Part shown: in pieces, positions 59,601 through 64,000 of the stretch
How positions within the stretch are numbered: the stretch's first letter is position 1
How the letters are laid out: every line of letters starts with the position of its first letter
Translations under genes and position numbers: made by a program
Notes under the pieces: model-generated
What the model saw: only the letters and a program-made list of their open reading frames with translations
Database searches by the model: none
What the model was told of the DNA's origin: nothing
Assembly: GCA_949358305.1 (NCBI GenBank)
Contig: OX442314.1
Span: 32,302,001-32,366,000 of the forward strand
Source of the DNA: Strigamia acuminata
Taxonomy: Eukaryota
Reading direction: 5' to 3'
Length of the DNA: 64,000 bases

Positions 59601-60641
59601 ATGCCTTAAAAAGCGGGTCAATACGGTAAAATGCATACATTGTAAAATGTATTCTTGAACCACATGGGTAGCTCCAAGTGTTTAATTTATTGATAATTTA
59701 ATCTAATTGTATGTGAATCAAATTTCATTTTCAGAAATTCACCCATAGCGTTTGTACCGTTGACACCGTGGTTACAAAACACTTCGATCAAAGACAACAT
59801 TTTATTTGGAGTTCCATACGATGCACAAAGGTAGCTACATAAAGGAAATCCGTAGAATTAATTTTTCGACGTTTTACAAGCGGCGATATTTTAGGTACAA
59901 TCGAATTGTCCAGGCGTGTGGTTTGCAAGGAGAGTTTGACCAATGGCCGTCTGGAGATCTATCCTCAATTGATGACATTGAGCTGTCTCTGAGCCAGAAA
60001 CATTGTATTTCAATTGCACGCGCATTGTATTCAAAGTGCAAAATAATTATCCTCGTAAGTCTAAAAAAAAATTTGTTTTTTAATTTTAATTAATTTCTAA
60101 AATTTAAAACTCACCAAATACTTTATTTATTATCAGGATGAGGTTTTTGCCACTATGGACCCAGTTCTGTCTCTCCACGTGTTTGAGGAAGGATTCAAGA
60201 AACTGGCTCTTCAGTATCATCGAACCGTTATCGCCGTTTCACGACAAACGCACATTCTGCTTATGAGTGATTTGGTAAAATAAAATAAACTTTTGTAGGA
60301 AAAACGGAGCAAAAAGTTTAATTTTGGGACATTTCTGCAGGTTGTTGTTTTGAACGATCGAACTCTTCAATTTCAAGGAAATTGGCGCCAATTTCAAGAT
60401 TGGGATCCGGACATGAAGGTCACATCACGAGCGGACGATGAAGTGTTAGACGAAGACGATGAATTACCAAACGCTGAAATCAATTCACTGCCAATAAAAA
60501 CAATTCTGAATCCCGCACTTAAAATCTGTAATCGTGGAATCTTACAAATTTTAGGAATTCACATAGAAAAAGCGAGCCCAAAAACAATATCAAATGCAAA
60601 TATTACAATTACCAGTGAGCAAGACACGTCAGAGTTTAAAG
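50682..60641 (+). CDS. Sur: Sulfonylurea-receptor-like ABCC transporter (ABCC8/9-like), 5' half: TMD0, L0, TMD1, NBD1; probably continues beyond the window
   Basis: Exons 50682-51215, 51657-51833, 51938-51994, 52080-52259, 52314-52463, 55017-55172, 55229-55366, 55436-55598, 57798-57838, 57905-58042, 58118-58240, 58309-58501, 58593-58698, 59735-59830, 59895-60054, 60137-60274, and 60341 to about 60641 (last donor uncertain). SUR-type TMD0/L0 motifs HNSRWIL...VCFCEI, LIYW, LVEINLI, PWVSLPSKATFYWMN; NBD1 scaffold ALLGE...PWLQNTSIKDNILFG...ISIARALY...ILDE. Confidence 0.85.
53790..54010. repeat. 20-bp minisatellite (AAGAAAAATCCCAATTTTTC)n
   Basis: Read directly; intronic. Confidence 0.88.
56325..56592. 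repeat. 21-23-bp minisatellite (AAATATAATTTTCTTTTTCCAC)n
   Basis: Read directly; source of the ORFs at 56310-56835. Confidence 0.85.
58903..59085. mobile_element. Tigger/pogo-type MITE
   Basis: TIRs CAGTCGAAACTCTTTATAACGAATCGC / GCGATTCGTTATAAAGAGTTGCGACTG; left flank TA, right flank GA. Solo ends of this family lie at about 7514-7536 and about 3092-3108. Confidence 0.8.
59108..59626. mobile_element. TA-flanked MITE containing a 19-bp tandem array (59290-59440)
   Basis: Imperfect TIRs CCGTGTTACCTCGCTTTAAGCGGTATGCCGGT / ACCGGCATGCCTTAAAAAGCGGGTCAATACGG; TA on both sides. Confidence 0.7.
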
Positions 60642-60949
60642 GTTTGTGTTCAATTTATAATATAGGTACGGTAAAGTCCCAGGGCCGCTGAAAACAGCCG
60701 CAAGAGAGCCCTTCCCCCCTCGTTGAAGCATTGAAGCTGATGCAACAACGCAAGCATGTGAACTAGCCTTCCAAAATGTGGCGGATGGTCTCCACTTGTA
60801 GGTCTTGCACCTGGAGTGGCAGAAGAAGTGGGGGAGGGGTGAGGGTGGTTTTGTCTACGTGGACACTGACCTAACCCACTACCACAGGTAGCGTAGTTAG
60901 TCAGCGGCACCCTCAGGCGGGAGTAAAGTGGAGGAAATTATTTTAACTA

Positions 60950-61120
60950 CCGTACTGCCTCATTTAAACGCCCGGGCGTTTAATTTTATTTTTGGGCCGA
61001 CCCCGTCCCGGTAAAGTCGGTTCGGGGCGGCGCGCGGTGCAAAAAACGCCGCCGAACCCCCCGGCGTTTATTCGGGCCCGGCGTTTGAATGAACCCGGGC
61101 GTTTAAATGAGGCAGTTAGG
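60950..61120. mobile_element. TA-flanked MITE, CCGTACTGCCT family (copy 1)
   Basis: TIRs CCGTACTGCCTCATTTAAACGCCCGGG / CCCGGGCGTTTAAATGAGGCAGTTAGG; TA on both sides. Confidence 0.85.
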
Positions 61121-61136
61121 TAGTCCGTAAGGGACT

Positions 61137-61357
61137 CTATACTCTGGTTCGACTCAAGAGTATGCCCTTCTAAGAGCCGCATCACTGGTGTAGTGATCCA
61201 AAAATGTAGTAATAATCATAATAAAAATAAGAACTACTTCCAGAACTACTTCTCCTAGTGGAGATTCTTTACTCTATGGTAATACAGACTGGAGTTAGGA
61301 GTAATGCGGCTCGGCCAATGGGAGAAGGGTATACTCTTGAGTCGAACAAGAGTATAG
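61137..61357. mobile_element. Short MITE with about 35-bp inverted ends
   Basis: CTATACTCTGGTTCGACTCAAGAGTATGCCCTTCT / AGAAGGGTATACTCTTGAGTCGAACAAGAGTATAG. Confidence 0.75.
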
Positions 61358-61488
61358 AAGCTAAAGATTGGGTCCAAATGGAGAGACAAGAAACAACAGA
61401 TCTGTGCTGGTTGAAATCAAGTCTTTTACTGCATTGCTTAAATTGCTATGATAATTCCATATGTTGTCATGTTTCCACATTAAGACTA

Positions 61489-61897
61489 CCGTACTGCCTT
61501 GAACAATGGCCGGGCGCAATTAAGCGCCGGCTCTTGATTAAGCGCCTGGCAACCGCCAGCTAAAGAACCAATAAGCGCCTGCCTCAAATAAACGCCGGGC
61601 GTGTTTAAACGCCGGGTTTATTGTAAATTTTTATGTCTACCGTAATGTACGCTAGAAATAAGCTATTTAACACTCTTTCATTGTTTCACTGCTGCATTTC
61701 TACCAATAATACAGCGGTATAGCTCCAAAAAAGTTGAAAAAACGTGCACACGACAACAAATTTTTTATAACTTGTTATTTTAAAGTTTTTTTTCGGATAG
61801 AGGCCTGGCTTGAATAATCGCCTGGTTTTGAATAAGCGCCTGGCGGGCGAATCGAAAAAAAAATTAAACGCCCGGGCCATTGTTCAAGGCAGTACGG
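61489..61897. mobile_element. TA-flanked MITE, CCGTACTGCCT family (copy 2)
   Basis: TIRs CCGTACTGCCTTGAACAATGGCC / GGCCATTGTTCAAGGCAGTACGG; TA on both sides. Confidence 0.88.
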
Positions 61898-61971
61898 TAG
61901 TTTAAGCCTTTTTCTTGCATGTACTATTGTTGTAAGAATGCTTATGTTATGATTAAGTGCTTTCTTTATTA

Positions 61972-62415
61972 CCGTACTGCCTCATTTAAACGCCCGGATT
62001 CATTCAAACGCTGGGTCCGTTTTAACGCCTGGCAGGCGTACACAAAGTAGTTTATAGACGCCGGCTTCGTATTAACGCCGGGTTTCAAATTGGCGCCAGG
62101 TAAACGCGGAAATGGCCAATTACGTATTCATAACGTTTCGGAAGTTTCGGAAATTGACGCTGCTGTAATTGTTGGCACTTCCAATCCGGGTGCCTTCACT
62201 GTTTCTGATCACTTATTAGCTCAATGGGATATTTAGATTTTTGCAAAATATAAAAATAAAAATTTATTTCCAAAAAAAAATATTTTTCTGCCACTTTGTT
62301 TTCCCGATAACTTATTTTTGACTATTTTTCTGGTTAAACGCCTGGCTCGAATAAACGCCTGGCTATAGGCCCAAAAAGAATTTAAATGCCTGGACGTTTA
62401 AATGAGGCAGTACGT
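61972..62415. mobile_element. TA-flanked MITE, CCGTACTGCCT family (copy 3)
   Basis: TIRs CCGTACTGCCTCATTTAAACG / CGTTTAAATGAGGCAGTACGT; TA on both sides. Confidence 0.85.
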
Positions 62416-62423
62416 TATAAAGG

Positions 62424-63912
62424 TGACGAGTACTCTGCCCGGCATTACTTGGCGCGGCATGAATTGGCGCGGCAAATTTTCTTGCCGCACATCCATGGTA
62501 TCAACAATAGCGGCGCCGCTATTGTTGATACCCATGGTATGGGTTGGCGCGGCAATGCGTAAAGGAAGTACGGTTTCGATGATCTTGCGCGGCACGTTTG
62601 TATGACGTGACGCGGCACGTCTTAATAACGTGACGCCGCGATATCTACTACTTAAGCTAATTGTATATTAGCTTAAGTAGTAGATATATGCCCTGTTCAC
62701 ACTTAAACCACTTTTGTAGAAAACCCACCAGTTTTGTAGAAAACCTGTGTTCACACTACCACAGGTTTTCTAGAACTCAAAACAAGATGGCAGACTTTTC
62801 TACAACTCAAGTTGAAGAAAAGTTTTCTTAAACTTGACGTCACAACTGCAAAACACGCCCCCATTGTGTCATGTGACTGATCCTAGGAAAATCCAAAAAA
62901 TAAAATGGATGCCAATTAAACTTTTAAGGCAACTTTCGGCATTAAAATAAACCACTTTCAAATGCATCAAAAAATTAATACAATACATCAAAAGATGGAG
63001 AATAAAACGATCTTTCTTTTAAAAAAAAGAACGTATTTCTAGCTCTAATGGTTCGTGAAATACGAACGGAATTGTGTTTTGTTCGTTTCGATAGAGTGGA
63101 AATAGATCGCGCACTTTCGTTTCGACCCCAAAATTGTCAACTTTTAATGTGGAAAAAAAATTAAAAATATATGTCGGTTTACTAAACTGGCATCCCTCTT
63201 TCTTTTAAAACAAAGAAGTAATTTCTATCTCTAATAGATCATTAGCTACAAGAAAAAATGCAAACCCCTACAAATCTGACATTTATACAAAACTATCCTT
63301 AAGTGTGAACAATTGATCTCAGATTTCTAGAACTTAGACTTGTAGAAGATCAGAAGTTCTAGAAAAGTGGTTTAAGTGTGAACCACGCAATAGATAGGAA
63401 TGATAATCAACATGACTAAACACTACCCATACAGTACAAAAATTAGTCTCGGAGGAATGTGGTAGCTAATGTACGGTCTTATTTTAACATCTTCACAGTT
63501 TTTCCTAAACTGAGGTGAATGTTAGGTGCTAGAGATCATCTAGGTGGAAGCATATCAACGGACAATAGGAAGACAACCGAGGAAAACAACTGTGTGGAAA
63601 AAAATGTGAAAGTAGTTTTGTTTTTGAGATTACAGTGCAATTAGTTTTGTTAGTGTTGTGGTCAGCTTTTTATACCGAAAAATGGAAGAAAAAAAATAAC
63701 ATGATTTTCATTGTGTTGTGTTGTAAACTGAATTGATTTTCTTAAATTCTCAGTGCCCTACACAAATGGTGGGGATTTTTCAAGTGTTCACACACAACAA
63801 AAAAAAATTCGTGCCGCGCTTCTTCATATCCACGGCTGCCGCGCCAACCCATTTCACGGGTATGAATAATAGCGGCGCCGCGGTAAGTAATGCCGCGCGT
63901 GGAATAGCGGGC
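62424..63912. mobile_element. Non-autonomous element with long imperfect inverted arms and a 9-11-bp flanking direct repeat (Mutator-like)
   Basis: CGTTATAAAGG at 62413-62423 and 63913-63923; arms GCGGCGCCGCTATT...ATGGGTTGGCGCGGCA / TGCCGCGCCAACCCAT...AATAGCGGCGCCGC. Confidence 0.65.
62689..63389. mobile_element. PIF/Harbinger-like MITE nested in the previous element
   Basis: TIRs GTTCACACTTAAACCACTTTTGTAGAA / TTCTAGAAAAGTGGTTTAAGTGTGAAC; ATA on both flanks (62686-62688, 63390-63392). Confidence 0.78.
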
Positions 63913-64000
63913 CGTTATAAAGGCTAGTGCACATGCATGCGTTGTTACATCAGCTTCAACCAGTGCTGGACTGACCCTGCGGGATACCGGGAATATTCCG

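Overview
AT-rich eukaryotic genomic DNA with many short introns. It is most likely arthropod, because it carries the ecdysteroid P450 CYP315A1/shadow and a Knickkopf/Skeletor-family gene. I traced GT-AG exons by hand. Gene order: 3' part of a HECW-type HECT E3 ligase (+), an intronless U2AF65/U2AF2 (-), a head-to-head pair of identical 5S rRNA genes, a single-exon 134-aa PAF1 N-terminal 'mini-gene' (-), RPF1 (-), MTFR-like (-), a DM13-DM13-DOMON Knickkopf/Skeletor protein with a Gly/Tyr/Gln/Pro repeat insert (+), CYP315A1 (-), SPT4 (-), and the 5' half of a sulfonylurea-receptor-like ABCC transporter with a degenerate NBD1 (+). Introns and spacers hold many MITEs (TA, 3-bp and 8-bp TSD types, several nested) and minisatellites. 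The most unusual items are: the complete mini-PAF1 transcription unit with a long G.U-biased 3'UTR hairpin; the SUR-like NBD1 that has lost Walker A; the putative U2AF65 retrogene; the 5S pair with compensated stem I; a candidate HECT-only HECW first exon; and a cluster of Ftz-F1-type sites next to shadow. Family assignments come from remembered motifs, not from database searches.
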